Shown: positions 27,800 to 45,335 of the stretch, piece by piece
Numbering within the stretch: the first letter of the stretch is position 1
Layout: each line of letters begins with the position of its first letter
NCBI RefSeq assembly: GCF_009914755.1
Contig: NC_060933.1
Source: the human T2T-CHM13v2.0 reference genome, Homo sapiens
Length of the DNA stretch: 64,000 nucleotides
Strand: one strand, 5' to 3'
Made by a program: the position numbers and the translations under genes
Notes under the pieces: generated by a model
What the model was told of the DNA's origin: nothing
Seen by the model: only the letters and a program-made list of their open reading frames with translations
Databases searched by the model: none

Positions 27800-28272
27800 A
27801 GTGGTAAATATTACATGCCCCAAATCTGTATACATTCACCCTTACCTCTTCAGTGTACACCGGCCAAGCTTCTCACTACAGCAACTGTATTTCTTTGCCT
27901 GAGAGATTTCTTGGTACCCTAATACCTTCTTTGCCTACCATCACATTAGCTAGCAATACCAGGAAATTAACCACCCCTGTATCTCTCTGCCTATGACCAA
28001 CAGAAATACGTGTATAAACACCAGAGGCTTCCTCATCCCTCAAGTGGGATAACTCTGAGATGTGGGATAATACTGGCTCCCCAGATTTCTCCATTGTGAT
28101 AATTATCCACAGCTGTATCTTATATAATAAGAAAAACTGTATTGGATAAAGCCCCTTTCTGTCTGATTTTCCCAATATCCTACCACTATTTCCAGGGATC
28201 ACCTCCCAAATAAACTACTTGTACTTAAATCTTTGTACCAGAGTCTGCTTCTTTAGTACCCAAACTAACGCA
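27800..28272 (+). mobile_element. ERVL LTR (LTR33/LTR16-like)
   Basis: 3' end GATCACCTCCCAAATAAACTACTTGTAC...TCTGCTTC...ACCCAAACTAA. Confidence 0.65.
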
Positions 28273-28305
28273 GTATATATGCCATCTCCATGTAGCACCT
28301 GCCAT

Positions 28306-28793
<488 letters not shown>

Positions 28794-29577
28794 TAAAAAT
28801 AATATCAAAACAGGTATTTAGTACTAGCCAACTATTCGTTGCCATATCTCTATGTTTGTATCTCTAAGCTTGAATACTACTCCCTATTTTTAGGTGTGTC
28901 AGTAGGTATGGGGGAAGACTAGCAAATATTCATGAGGCTTTATAGATACTCTGCACCAAACTGACCTCACTGACTACTCCGAGACAGTGAGAGAGAATGG
29001 ATGAGGGAATAAACTCCTCACTCTGCAATTCAACATTTTCTTAAAGCTCTTTTCCAAAATCAACGGAAGTCCATCTTTTGGCAGCTAAGACCACTTAAAA
29101 TCACATCACATCCCAAAAGAATAAACATTCCACACTTCAGACAATATCTTTCTAGGTAACCTGAGAAAGCTAATTCACACTCCCACCCAGAAAAAATTAT
29201 TAGAGATCTTTAAAGATTTCTTTGACACCTATGTAGTTTAAGAAAACTGTTAAATAGAGAATTAAAAATTTTAGTCCTAATTGCCTGTGTGGCTGCACTT
29301 CATTTCCCTGGGCCTCAGTTTCCTCAGCCTTAAAATAAGAAAGTCAAAGAGATCTGTGTTTTCTCTTCTGTTCTCCTCCTGGCCCCTTCAGGAATAAAAG
29401 GTATAAGGAAAGGTGAAGCTCTAGGTTTCCCAGTTCTGTGAAGTTCTGGGAAGATCAATTTTATATACAGACCTGTTTGCCAAAAGCAGGAGGACAAAAA
29501 GTATAGGAGGAGGAGAAGGCGAAAGATTAGGAAGAGAGAAAGAAAAAGAAAAACAGACTTTTAAAAATACAAGTACC

Positions 29578-30660
<1,083 letters not shown>

Positions 30661-31460
30661 ACTGGAGTAGATAACATTTAAGACTTCTTCCAGCTCCACA
30701 GTCTTCAAATTAGCATTAACAACAATTACGTAATTTATCATTGTCATGATACAAGGTTCATGAACAAAATTAGAACAAAAAATTATTTATCCCATAAATA
30801 TTATCCATACTATTTGCAGTATGTACATTATAAACATTAATCTCTATGATCCAACAAATGAGCCTCAGTGACTAATATTTACTCAAGCTCTCTACAGAGA
30901 TTCACTAAAGTATTACCTAAATGTTGAAAATCTTATGGTCAAATACAAAATTCTTCAGATTGAAGATTACTACTGATCTCTTTCCAAAGCTGTCATCTCC
31001 ACTATGAAGACCATTAACTCCCAGTCAGAATTATAGGAGTGCGCCTGATAATACACTCTGGTCAGACAGCTATCAGGATGAGCTGTGCACATGTCTGCCA
31101 TTTTACTTTGATTCTGATCCCAGTGAGCAAGACCACACCATGATGTAGCTTATTTGTCTTATCTAACTCTGTCCATGGCATGCTGCGGCCACATTTAAAT
31201 TTATTCAAACTAGCATACCATCTAACCATATATTACCAGGTTTCTCAATACAAGCTGATAAGATTTCTAAAATTAAACAAATTTCACATCATTTTTAGTA
31301 TTCCATTTATTTCTTACCAAAAACATGACCTCACTTATGTTACTTTTTCATTATTAAAGTTATTTTATTCTTGCTTTCCTTGGTTTTAAGTTACAATTTT
31401 AAAAGGTTACTTACACCTATGTGAGTGTATTATAGAAATCCATTTAATTAGACACAAATT

Positions 31461-31773
<313 letters not shown>

Positions 31774-31829
31774 TTACTACTTTAAATAAAAGTAGAAAGG
31801 GAAGAATAGTAAGCTCTCAGTAGGCAAAG

Positions 31830-33655
31830 ATATTAAGATATACAGTTGGTCAATAAGCACATAAGAAGATAGTATTATTAGTCATCAGAGAAATACGGAT
31901 TAAAACCACAATGAGATACCACTATATAACTCATTTGCATGGCTAAAATTAAAAATATTGGCAATACCAAGTTTGACAAAGATGTCAAGCAAGTAGAACT
32001 CTCATATACTGCTGGTGGGAATATAAAATAGTATAACCAGTTTGAAAAATATTTTGGCAGTTTCTTATACGGTTCAACAAACAATTAACCATGGGACTCA
32101 ACAGGTCCACTCCTAGGTATTTACCCATGAGAAATAAAAACCTATGCCCTGAGAATATACGAATGTTTGAGACCAGAAACAACCTAAATGTTCAACAATA
32201 GGTGAATGGATAAACCAACTATAATAAATATTGGTATAATGAAACATTACTCATCAATAAAAAAACCTCTCATACACACAATAACATGGATGAACTCCCA
32301 AAACATTATGATGAGTGCAAGAAGCCAGCTTGCACAAAAGAACATATGTTGTACAAAAGCCAAAATTGACAAATGGGATCTAACTGAACTAAAGAGCTTC
32401 TGCACAGCAAAAGAAACTACCATCAGAGTGAACACGCAACCTACAGAATGGGAGAAAATTTTTGCAATCTACTCATCTGACAAAGGGCTAATATCCAGAA
32501 TCTACAATGAACTCAAACAAATTTACAAGAAAAAAACAAACAACCCCATCAAAAAGTGGGCAAAGGACATGAACAGACACTTCTCAAAAGAAGACATTTA
32601 TGCAGCCAACAGACACATGAAAAAATGCTCATCATCACTGGCCATCAGAGAAATGCAAATCAAAACCACTATGAGATACCATCTCACACCAGTTAGAATG
32701 GCGATCATTAAAAAGTCAGGAAACAACAGGTGCTGGAGAGGATGTGGAGAAATAGGAACACTTTTACACTGTTGGTGGGACTGTAAGCTAGTTCAACCAT
32801 TGTGAAAGACAGTGTGGCGATTCCTCAGGGATCTAGAACTAGAAATACCATTTGACCCAGCCATCCCATTACTGGGTACATACCCAAAGGATTATAAATC
32901 ATGCTGCTATAAAGACACATGCACACGTATGTTTATTGCAGCACTATTCACAATAGCAAAGAGTTGGAACCAACCCAAATGTCCATCAGTGATAGACTGG
33001 ATTAAGAAAATGTGGCACATATACACCATGGAATACCATGCAGCCATAAAAAAGGATGAGTTCATGTCCTTTGTAGGGACATGGATGAAGCTGGAAACCA
33101 TCATTCTCAGCAAACTATCGCAGGGACAAAAAACCAAACACCGCATGTTCTCACTCATAGGTGGGAATTGAACAATGAGAACACTTGGACACAGGAAGGG
33201 GAACATCACACACCGGGGCCTGTCATGGGGTGAGGGGAAGGGATAACATTAGGATATATACCTAACATAAATGACAAGTTAATGGGTGCAGCACACCAAC
33301 ATGGGACATGTATACATATGTAACAAAACTGCACGCCGTGCACATGTACCCTAGAACTTAAAGTATAATAATAAAAAAAAGAATATATGTTGTATGACAT
33401 CATTTATTGGAAATTCAAATAAAAGTCGTGGAAAATATAAAGCGATCTAAATAACAGAAAGCAGACCAGTATTTTCCTAGAATTTGGATGGGAGAGGAAA
33501 GGTACTAATAACAAAGAAGAGGGAAGTATTTGGGGTAATGAAAATGTTCTGTATTTTGACTTTGGTGATGTTTATACAGGTATATATGTTTGCCAAAACT
33601 CATCAAACAGTACACTTAAATAGGTGGATTTTATTGCGTGTAAATTATACTTAGA
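31830..33655 (+). mobile_element. Old L1ME/MC 3' end interrupted by a younger L1PA
   Basis: Old L1 motifs on both sides of the L1PA insert. Confidence 0.65.
32354..33380 (+). mobile_element. 5'-truncated L1PA (approx. PA4-6), ~1 kb
   Basis: ORF2 C-terminal peptides ([10 protein letters not shown]...KLVQPL; WRFLRDLELEIPFDPAIPLLG...FSLIGGN); TSD AAAAGAA(C/T)ATATGTTGTA (32336-32353 / 33377-33394). Confidence 0.95.
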
Positions 33656-34325
33656 AATTTTCAGTTCGGTAGTTTCTGAATTTTTTTATTATGTTTGCTT
33701 CTTAGTTAAAAATATTTACTTATAAATTATATACATGTTCTAGTGTATAAATATAAGTATACACTTTACAAAACATACAAAAATAGGAATTACAAAATAA
33801 AAACTAAAGATCAAATATTTAAGTATCCTGTTCATTGAGGCAACTTCATTAGTTAATTTTACAGCACAATATACACTTGGATAAGAATTCATCACTGAAA
33901 ATAATACATACAATAGACATAAATCCATGTGTCAAAAATCTTAGTATTTGGAATTTTAGAGCCAACTTCTTATTTAGGTAATATCTTCAAATTGTTACAT
34001 GACTGTCGAAGAATTGGACAGGTACTCATTCTGCCCTTTTCTTGTTTCTGCCTGCAATATTAATGCAATCTTCAATCTGTAAGCTATATGTGGAAAAATT
34101 TTTAAGCCACTTGTCAATATTATGAAGTTAGTTTAAAATCAGACTACATAATCCATTAATCCACCTTGCTGAAAATGGAAAGTGTAACAAACAAGTTGCA
34201 TTTTTCGCCCCTCAGGATGCCTCATTCATATATATGATATGTATAAGTTTCTATATCTTGGCTATATCTCCTATTTTTAAGTAAAAATAAATAGAAATAA
34301 AAATTCTAACACTTCTTTCTCATAT

Positions 34326-34637
<312 letters not shown>

Positions 34638-34834
34638 TTCTTTCTCATATTCTAGTAAGTCTTGTTGCACTAACCTAGAATAGAGATGCTCCATTTTGGA
34701 TACATCAGATAGTGACTGCTTACGCTATTCAGAAATTATAGTTTAAAAATTGGAGTGTGTGCCTGTACATATTCAACACTAAACATGTAAATAAATTACT
34801 GTCAATTTAGAAGGCAACTCAGTCATAACCTAGT

Positions 34835-35110
34835 TCACTCATTATTTCAACAAACATTTACTGAGGACCCATTATGTGCCAGACATAGTGCATGCAAGGT
34901 TGGACTACAGTGGGAGCAAAGGGAGACATGGTCCCTGGATCATCAATGTACATTACAGTTTTGGGGAGAGACACTAATTACCTGAATCAATTAAGACCAT
35001 ACTAATGAAAAAGTCTGTGAAGGAAAGGTACATGGGCTAGGAGAGTGCATAAAGGAAAGTTAATCTAGATAGGACAATCAAGAAGGCTTCCCTGGGGTCA
35101 TGACTGCTGA
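34835..35110 (-). mobile_element. L2 3' fragment
   Basis: TTCAACAAACATTTACTGAGGACCCATTATGTGCCAGAC (reverse-complement L2 terminus). Confidence 0.7.
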
Positions 35111-35572
35111 CCTCCACAAAATATTATTAAAACATAAGCAAACATAAAGCAAGGTATAAACAATGACAGTGTGGGACCAACTAGTACAATGAAGTTGGGT
35201 TTTTTTTTTATTCAATTTGCCTGTGATATCACTTAGCTTTAACATTTTCATATTAAGACTGGTTCTCTTTCTCCTCATTAGTGCAAGACAATTAAAGTAG
35301 TTTAACCTAGAATGAAAAAGATCATAGGCAAATATGAAACACACTGAAATTGAGTGGAAATCTCAGTTATAATGTGGTTATTCAGCTCATCTATTAATAG
35401 ATTCAATTTGTAGTTTCATTAAAAATTTTATCTAAATAAGCACATACACCTGCACACACACACAGAGATAACTGAGAATACATCCATATACCACACTTTG
35501 AGAAACACTACTCTTTGCAACCATTTGCATGTCTCCAGTTCTCAGCAGAGTATGTGACATACAGATCAATAA

Positions 35573-36032
<460 letters not shown>

Positions 36033-37703
36033 TAAGAAAACTAAGACTGGTGGTACCCTGAAGAAGTACCACCCTCTCTAGAAAGTTTCCCACAGCTTCC
36101 TCCTCCCACCAACTGACTCACCTCTTTGCTCCCACATCCCCTATGTATACCTCAGACATTACCATTCTTTATGTCATCTTCTGTTTACCTACCAGTCTCT
36201 TTGACCTAACATCAACATTCTTCATATCACAGCACCAAACAGGGTTCATGGCTCATAACAGATGCTCAATCAGTATTATAAAAAGTGAAGCTCAGGAAGG
36301 CTGAAGTGATTTGCTTAACACCATATAGCTTGTAAGTGGCAGACCTGGCATTTTGATTCACCTACATCTCATTAGATCAAATTCAAGTCACTATCCCTTT
36401 AGTTCATATCTCTAATATTTTACAGCAATATTATTACTGCTTCATAAGAAACAGGACAAAAACCACATTAAATGAATGCTAACTTGAAGTATTACCAACC
36501 AAAATGAAGATAGAAATATAATTTAAGCTCAAACATTAACAATATTTTCCACGTGAAATAAATTGTCTACTTAGATTTAACACAATTAGTTAAGAACCAT
36601 CTAATTAATTAGCATTCTTAGTAGTGCTATTTTTATACTGAACATTTTTATACTGAGCTTTAAAGAGTATGAATTTGTTTTATTACACTAGCTTCTCTAG
36701 ATCACTTTTTTCCCATGATAAAGTTTCTCAACTTCTCTGATGCGCTGTTGCTTTGTTATTTTTATATCTAATCTAGATATCTTTAAAATTAGATATTTTT
36801 AATACCTAATTAAAATAATTAAAGAAACACTCCATTTTTCAAAATGTATTTCTAAAAGTGCTTGGGAAAATTAAGCATAATCATGAGTTTTAAATATTAT
36901 AACTGCCTACCAAATCAATGAACCCATAGGCAACAAACCCTCAAAGTCAAGGGAACCTCAAATTCAAGGAAAAACCTTGAAAATAAGCCCAAAACAAAGA
37001 CCAAAAAAAATTCCCAAAATTATTGGTAAAAAGGCTTTTTGTAGAATAATTATGTTATTAATGGTCGTAAACAGGACTGTAATCGATGATCTTATCAGTC
37101 CCATAAGAAAAAAATCAATAAAAAGATTATTACTGGGATCTGAAGCTTAGGTTTGTTCAAAGTAAAATTAATTTATTTAGTATCACTTTCCAAAAAACTT
37201 CAGAAATAATTTTGCTCTATCATTTCAACAATCATTTCAACATACAGATTTTTTAGATTTGTTTACAAACAAAAAGAAACATGTAAATCTGTATTATGGT
37301 TTAATTCTGCTAATGATGAGATAGAAAGTTAACTTGAGATTCACAAATGGGACAATGCTTCTTTAAACCTAATTATATTCATAAGCATTTTTATTTAAGA
37401 ATATAATTCCATTCATCATATTTTCTTATATATATCTTTTCCTTGATTTCTCTTCTTTAATCATACTATTTATAAATAGCTGAAATTACTACTAATAAAA
37501 AGCACAGATCTAACAGGATCCAAAGCTATCAATACTTAATAACCCAGAAACACCAAATAATAAAGGGAGACAGAGAAAAAAGAATCATGAAAAATCATGC
37601 CCTTGGTTAGCTAAGCGGATTTACAAGAAACAGCTTGGCCAATCTGTAAACCAGAAATAAAAAGTTATATATATTACTACTTTCAGTTTTGAGCCTTACT
37701 TTT

Positions 37704-37974
37704 TTGTTTGTTTGTTTGTTTGCTTGTTGTTTCAACTGGAGCTCGTTCCACTTTTCTCCATTTGACACCTTGAGGTTAATATATAAATTTATTATATGTT
37801 AGGTGAAAAACAGACTCCACTCTATCTCCTTTGTCCCCCTTAGATCTGTCACTCAGGCTAGAGATGTAGTGGTGATCACAGCTCACAGCAGTTTTAAACT
37901 CCTGGGCTTCAGTGATCTTCCTGCTAAGCCTCCCAAGTAGTTGGGACTACAGGCACATGCCACCACACTTGGCC
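37704..37974 (-). mobile_element. Alu right monomer (FRAM-like) containing ~100 bp of non-Alu sequence
   Basis: TSD TGAG(C/G)CTTACTTTT (37690-37703 / 37975-37988); Alu body at 37845-37974; (GTTT)n tail. Confidence 0.75.
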
Positions 37975-40189
37975 TGAGGCTTACTTTTAAAAGTCACTTG
38001 TTAAAACTGTACTTTAAAGAAATAAAATATAATCTTTTAAAGCAACATTTAAGAGTTTAAATTATAAAAAGATGAAAAGTTGTACCTTTGTATTTAATTT
38101 AAAAATCTGTATTCTGTCCCACATTCAATAATTAATATGTCAACTATAATATGAATTTGGGTGAGTTTAACTTTTTTAAAAAAATACTGATCAATTGATT
38201 TAATTATTCTAGCTTTTCTTAGAGATTGGGGTGGAAACTGAGGGCCTTCAGTCTACTAGGATATATATCCTACTAATTAAAACAAAAAGCAAAGCCAGAA
38301 ACTGGCTAACTATAATTTTTTAGTTTAGTACCTGATTTCTAATTTTTAATGCTTTTGTCTTTTTCTTGAGAATCATTTAGTTTGTATTTTCTAGCAATGA
38401 GGTTTGTAAAGTAGTCCAATTGTACCACCAATTCCTTATACACACCTGTTTTAAAAATAGTCCTTTAGAGTACCTGTAATTCTTAATTAACATCTGTTTT
38501 ATGTGTTTTTCAAACAAATTTATTTTCTTGATAGTAATTTTCAGGACAAGAGTTGATAGGAAATGTAGAGAAAATTAGGCAAAACCTCAAAATTTATTTT
38601 TCGCTATATATTTCTCTAGGTGACTATAAAGTGGTTTAAACTGGATATTTTTTTGAAGAGCTCTTATTGCTTAGAATATATATGGCAAAGTTTCAGTTCT
38701 TATTTGTTTAAAGATAAAACACTAAATAAATACCTATGGCTATTGACTATAATTTATTAGTAGCTCATATTATCACTTTTTGAACTTATTTCAGATTGGC
38801 AAAGTTATTTATTTTAAAATGTTCTTCTTTTAATACAACTTCAGATTCCTAGAAAAATTGCAAGAATTATACAAAATATTCCTTTCCGCAGATTACCCAG
38901 ATGCTAATATTTTACTACATGGATTTTATCATTTTTCCCTCTTTTTTTAAGGTTCTATATTTATTGATGTTCATACTTAGAGTCTGAGTTTAGGTAGGGC
39001 ATAGGAGGTTCAAGGATCACTTTTTTAAATTTGCTAGTTATTTTGCTCAAATAGTCCTTTATATCCTGGGTGCTCTTCTTTGCTTTACTACTTTTGCTTG
39101 TGACATTTCTTGATAATGCATAGTGATTGGTAGAGCTAAAATTAATCCTTCTTGACATAAAGTAAATTATGTTCTTTACCATGGGGTTGCCATGTTTAGT
39201 ACAGCTGTCAGAGGGCTTATAGCACTTCACAGTTTATCTTGTTTAATTCATCTGACTGCTTTATCTCTGGAAGTAGAGCTTAAGAGCTCATGAAGTCAGA
39301 TGACTTGAGAATGACTCTTGGCCAAAAAAAAAAAATGGCTAAAGCAAGGTATATTAGTTAAAATATTAGACTTAAGACTTAGCACTGAGTTACTACGCAG
39401 CCAGGACAAAGAGAGTGGCTCCAGTTTGCTTTAAATAGAAAGCCTATCAGTTCACAAGGGCTGTAAGGAAAATGAACCATCAGAGTCTTTTCAGAAATGG
39501 TTTGACTGATGTCAACACAAGTTTTGTTTTGTTTTATTTTGTTTCAGGCAGGGACAGAGTGTTCTGCATGGGGATGGGGGTTTCTGGTAAGCGGAAAACC
39601 TGATAAATTCTAGAAGATATGTAAAACTTTCAACACACATTTTCAAAGAAAATAAAAAGGCATAACTTGTGTATCTATTTCTAAAATCAGCCCTGGATTT
39701 AAAAAAAGGTACAATAATTATTTTTCAGGGACAGAAAAGTAAGTGTTCCATTAAATTAACCCTCTGATATAGTGGTTCAGTTTGATACAGAGCTTGAAAT
39801 TTTTTGATGACCGATTCATTTGGCTACAGAAGTATCCAGGAGAAAAGATGATTCTCAAACTGTGTTCCATAAATCCCTAGAGGTTCCACAAAGGCATGTA
39901 AAGAGCTGCTATCAGGGGCAGCAGGAAACTAAGTGAGCAAGGCCCAAGTCCTTTCCTCTCCACATACACAATGACACTACAGAATACCTCAGTGTTTGCA
40001 TTATTTAGTGTATTCCTCCAATACATATTGAGCATTTACTACTGGCCAGTATTTACTGGTTTCATGAAAGAGCCTTTGAAAAAAAGAATCATTTGCTAAA
40101 CAGATAATATGTGCCCCACTCCTGAAAGCAATGTAACATCAAGCTCACATACATTCATTTTATAATTACTGTCCTGGCGTATACTTCTC

Positions 40190-40395
40190 AAATACAAGCA
40201 CAGGCTGTCAAGACCAAGTGGCTATTATCAAAAACAAGTTATTTAAATTCCTTTAGGCCCAGTTTCCTCGCCCATAAAAGGCAGATAATACCAACTACCT
40301 TGCAGGGTTGTTTTAAGCTTGAGAAATAATGAGCCATGCATTAAGCATAGGGACACATAATAAGATGCTCAGTAGATTGTAGCTTCTATTACTAT
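40190..40395 (+). mobile_element. MIR
   Basis: CAAGTTATTTAA...CAGTTTCCTC...TAAAAGGCAGATAATA core. Confidence 0.7.
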
Positions 40396-41207
40396 GATCC
40401 ATTGTTTGAACTGGACTTCTGACAGAAGTAAAATGGTAGGTAAATTCAAAATGATAGCTATTATTGAAAACTTAAATAGCTTATAGTGCAGACTGAAATA
40501 TTATTCATAAGCTCAAGATACCAAGACACCTGTCCAGGTGCCACCTAACACCCTACTTCAACTCTTACCACACCCTTCCCACGCTCTCCCCCAGCCATAT
40601 AGACTCTGTTTCAACTCCACAAACCCACCAGCTCCTCTCTCGTGCCAGGTCTTCATACACTCACTTCCCTGAATAAACACTTCCTTTTATTCCCTCACTG
40701 TTACCTCTATTCCTCAAATCTTAGCTTAAAAGTCAGTCCCTCTGGGGAAACTTCCTTGACCAGCTCATACTATAAATGACAATTTTGATTTGGACCTTAA
40801 AGTTTACCTTTCTTTGACACACTGATGACAAACAGACTCAGCTATACATTGAGATCTATTAGAATGAGGGTGTATTTTTAGCACACATAAATAATTCTTC
40901 TAATTTGCTATGGCAAAAGGGTAGGTGCTCTGTTTAAATTATGTTGCAAACTGTTCAAATTATATGTAAGTACAGGTGCCAGTTATCCTAAAGTTTTCTA
41001 TTTTCTACTCATGTAAAACATTTTATAGGACACATTGAATTTTCCCAGCAAAAAAAGAACTAATGCTAAAATTGATAGTTTGATAGGCAAATTAGATATT
41101 AATAGGAAAGAAATTGTATGTCTCTAAGAACAAAACTATGGAATCAACTAAAGTAAGTCTATACATAGTCTTATACAGTAAGTGATCTGTTGAAGAAGAA
41201 AACTCTT

Positions 41208-41466
41208 GGCCGGGTGCAGTGGCTCACACCTATAATCTGAGAACTTTCGGAGGCTGAGACGGGTAGATCACCTAAGGTGAGTTCAAGACTAGCCTGGCCA
41301 ACATGGTGAAACCCCGTCTCTACTAAAAGTACAAAATTTAGCTTGGCATGGCAGTGTGCGCCTGTAATCCCAGCTACTCAAGAGGCTGAGGCAGGAGAAT
41401 CACTTGAACCCAGGAGGCAGAGGTTGCAGTGAGCCAAGATTGCACCATTGCACTCCAGCCTGTCTT

Positions 41467-41503
<37 letters not shown>

Positions 41504-41508
41504 GAAAA
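41208..41508 (+). mobile_element. Alu (AluSx-like) with short 3' deletion
   Basis: Dimer; CCAGCC joined directly to TGTCTT; TSD AAGAAAACTC. Confidence 0.93.
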
Positions 41509-42124
41509 CTCCTTGCAATTCAACTCTGGGACGTCCTTGGGAATAGTTGCACTAAAGGAATAGTTTAAGCCTTTTCTAACTAGAAACTCAAATTCCAATA
41601 AGGTCATCTAAGATAATAATATATTATTTCCACCCTAATTTCCTAAAGTCTTATATCCTATCACAATGCCACACTTGATCCAAAACTATTATATTTTATG
41701 AGGTAGATAAAATGATGGAGGTATCTTTATTGAGAAATTGTCTGGCATTTTTTCAAACGACTGATGACTACACTGGGTGCCTATTCAAAGTGAAAGACAC
41801 CACCACCACCTCTGCAGATCAGAGGAAGTTGGTGTTGGTTCTGATCTAGAGTCTGAGCCTCCCTGACTCATAATCCAGTCCAATACAAGGAAGGAGGAAC
41901 AAAAGTTCTTGACTAGTAAAGAAAATGAAAGCAGCACTGGTTTCTAAAATAGCTACAGAGGATAAGTTACTTGAAAGTGAGAACAAAGAGAAAGTGGCCA
42001 AAAGCCAATGTTACAAGAAAAGGAGTTTAAAAACTCCAAATTTTTTTTTAGAAGATCATGAATTCTACTACTATTACTACTATTAATAATAACAATGAAA
42101 ATAATAATAGTAAAAAATAATAAA

Positions 42125-42350
42125 CATATTAAAGGCTTATTATAATCAGGTACTAACCTAAATATTTTAGCAGAAGTATTATTTAATATTTTTAGCTATA
42201 AATGAGCAAGACATTGTTACAATTATTTTATAGAAGAGAAAACTGAGTTTCAGAAAAAGCCAATAAGTTGCCCAGTCATATAAGTAGAAAGGACTAGAGC
42301 CAGGATTTGAATTTATGCCTTCCAACAATAAAGCCCACTCAATTTCCACA
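42125..42350 (-). mobile_element. MIR
   Basis: TTTTATAGAAGAGAAAACTGAG...GAGCCAGGATTTGAA core. Confidence 0.65.
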
Positions 42351-45335
42351 AAATCTGCTTCCCTTTATGAAGTAGTCCTCAAAGAAATACAAGAGGAAGC
42401 CCAGAAGCCACGGAAGAAAAAAGAGATAATAGTCAATAGTATCAAGTGTCAAAGAAAAATCCAGAAAGATCCTAGAAAATAATGTTGGATTTAGCTTGTC
42501 CAGAAGTGCACAGTTTCAAGTTGGATGGGGAGAATCCAAATTTCATAGGATTAAGAACTGAACATACAAAAAGGAAATGTAGTAGACAAGTACATATGTC
42601 TCTTATCAGGAAAATTGGCAGTCGGGGAATACCTAATGAAATAAGTCAACTGAGTAGGAAGAAAATGAAAATGCTAGGGAGGGGACACATATGAAGGTAT
42701 CACAAATGAGTCATCTGATTCAACCTTCTGCAAAGAGGCTCTTGTGCAACACTGTTCCATATCCCTCACTTCCCAGGTTCCTCTCCCCAGTCACCTTCAC
42801 AGATTGCCTTATTTCACTTGAAATCTTTCATGCTTTCCTTTACCAGAGATACCCTCTTCCAGTTTGTTTTTCTTGTGAATTCCAACTTTTCCTTCAGCAT
42901 GCAGCTCAAGGGTCACATCTTTGGTGTCACATTATTGACCCTCACTCCCAAAGACAATCTTCCATCTTTGCTCCTAAGCACTTTGTATCAAATTCCATCA
43001 AACTTGTATTTTCTTCAAAAGCTGGCTTCCTACCCATCAAATACCATGTCAAATTTTCTTAGAAACCCCAGCATTTAACATAGTGCCTGGCACATTCCTC
43101 TTAGAACATGGTATCTAGAACTGATCACAATGATCTAACTCTGGATAAAAAAAAATTTTTTTAATTACTTAATAGAGAATCAAAGCATACTATTACTCAA
43201 CTACTTAAATAGTAGAGCTCTCATTTTTTAACTATTCAGTAGAGATGGTCAACAAAAGGGCCTTAATATTGGATTGGCACAGCAAGACTTATTTCCATTG
43301 TAAATCAGCATGGTCCTCCAAAACACCTTACTTCTTTATACTGGATACCAATATTTTGCAGTTCTGGTTCTAAAAATAAATCTCTCCAAGAGCTAAAATC
43401 ATTGTCTTTTTTTTTTTCAAAAAGACATTCATTTGGAATTCATTTTAAAATATAACTCAATCTTTCAGGATGTCTGCCACAGTCTTAATTATGAGAACAC
43501 TGTCCCCCCTCAGGGAACCAAGCCAATGGGAATCAAGTCCCAAGTAAGAGCAAACCGGAGAAAAATGCCTTTGTTTCAGCTGATTATATGAAATAATGGT
43601 CTCAAATGAAAAGAATTCTATTCATGTCCATCAATGCTAGGATTCACAGAAAGCAAACCTCTTGACCCTGAACAGAAAAGAAAGATAAAGACAAGAATGA
43701 TGGAGTGCACTATCTTGGGCATAGCTCCCCAAACTAACAAATTCATTTAAGATACTTTTGATCAAAATTTGATCCAACAGAATACTCTATTATGAATTTA
43801 ACAAACTATAGGCAATTTTTAAAAATCACTACTGATTGCTTTAATGACAATAAACTTTATCATCGGTATAATTCTAATTATCAGGGTTTCTTACTGGTTG
43901 TAACGACATACTACTCAGAATATGGCAAACAGAAGTGAAGATGGAAATGACCCAGTATTGAAACTACGGTCTAAGAAATGTGAGGATCTAAGAAGTATTC
44001 ATATTACACTTAAATTACTAAAATCTATTTCCTAAAGATTAACAGATCATTTTGTAGATACCCAAAATAAAGAGATCTAATGGAGACTATTCATTTAAAT
44101 CTTACCTTACTTGAAGATTGCCCTTCTCCTGCAACCTAATTTACAACTCTGGTTAGATTTGTTCCCCAAAGAAAATGTCTTTTATCTTTTTGACCACAAG
44201 GATAATATGCTCAGTTTGCAGGATATACCATATTTTATGTGGAAAGGCTAAATGTGTGATAGGCTGATACTAACCAAAAAGAAACCAATATAGCCAACTA
44301 GCTATTCTATTCCTTTTAATGACTCAGATTATGAACAAAGTGTCCTTCTCTAGTCTATCTAGGCAATTTATAGAAAAAAACAAATGTTCTTTCCTGAATA
44401 TAGTCTTGAAAGGAGCTTTTATGGCATACAAAGGGGTTTCAAATATCCCAATTACAAACCAAAAATCTACCAGAAACAAACTCTCTGAGTCCCTTAGCAG
44501 GAAAAGGTAAAGACTACAATTTCTAATCATAAAAAAATTTCAGCAAAATTGAAAGCTTCTTTGAAAAAAAGAAAATCTTGCTTTGAACTCAATAGAAGTC
44601 CCTGAACCCCAGGGCTCCACTATACCTCATGTGTTACATTTAGAAGAAACAATATAGAGACAATACATTTACTCATTTTGAGAGAAAAAGATTTGTGCTC
44701 TTCTCCAAGAAAGAGGTAAGACAGACAGAGATAGTAGAGAGGAGGACTACAGTTGCAAAGGCAGTTAAAACTGAAAAACTTAAAAGGGAGGAAAAAAATC
44801 TTAGAGCCATGGTCAAGATGGCTTAGAAATTATCCTCAATGTTAGCAGTATTTGTGGAATACCTGGAGCCCAAGATTATAATAAAGAATGAAAGTTCTGA
44901 CTTCTGTCAAAGTTCTACCTTGAAAAGAAAACTAATCTGGCTGGCCATGGAATAGTAGGAAGACATTTTCCTTTGTCTTTCTCCTGGATGTTTAACTCAG
45001 TGCTAGGACAAGCAGGGGTTAGACGACCTCCTAGGTTGAGGCATAAAATGAAAAACAAAGAATAATCTACAAGAAACTCTTTACCAAATCATTCAAGGAT
45101 GAAGGATGAGGAGAAGGAGCAATCCATTTCTAGTCATATTCTATAGAGACCCATTGGTCCAAAAAGTCTTTATAAAGATGATAGGATGGGTAATATCAAA
45201 ATTTGAGTTTCTAATCAAGATACTTAGATATTTTTATCAATTTTATTGAATTGGGCAACAATGTCTATATTTGGAAATAAGACTCTATGATGTTTTGTGA
45301 GATCATGAAAAGACAGGAAATTTCATATAGCATTT

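Noticed and set aside
32206-33171. Longest ORFs (199 aa, 119 aa), and similar ones at 8677 and 52037
   Set aside because: C-terminal fragments of L1 ORF2 in 5'-truncated copies with stops; not genes.
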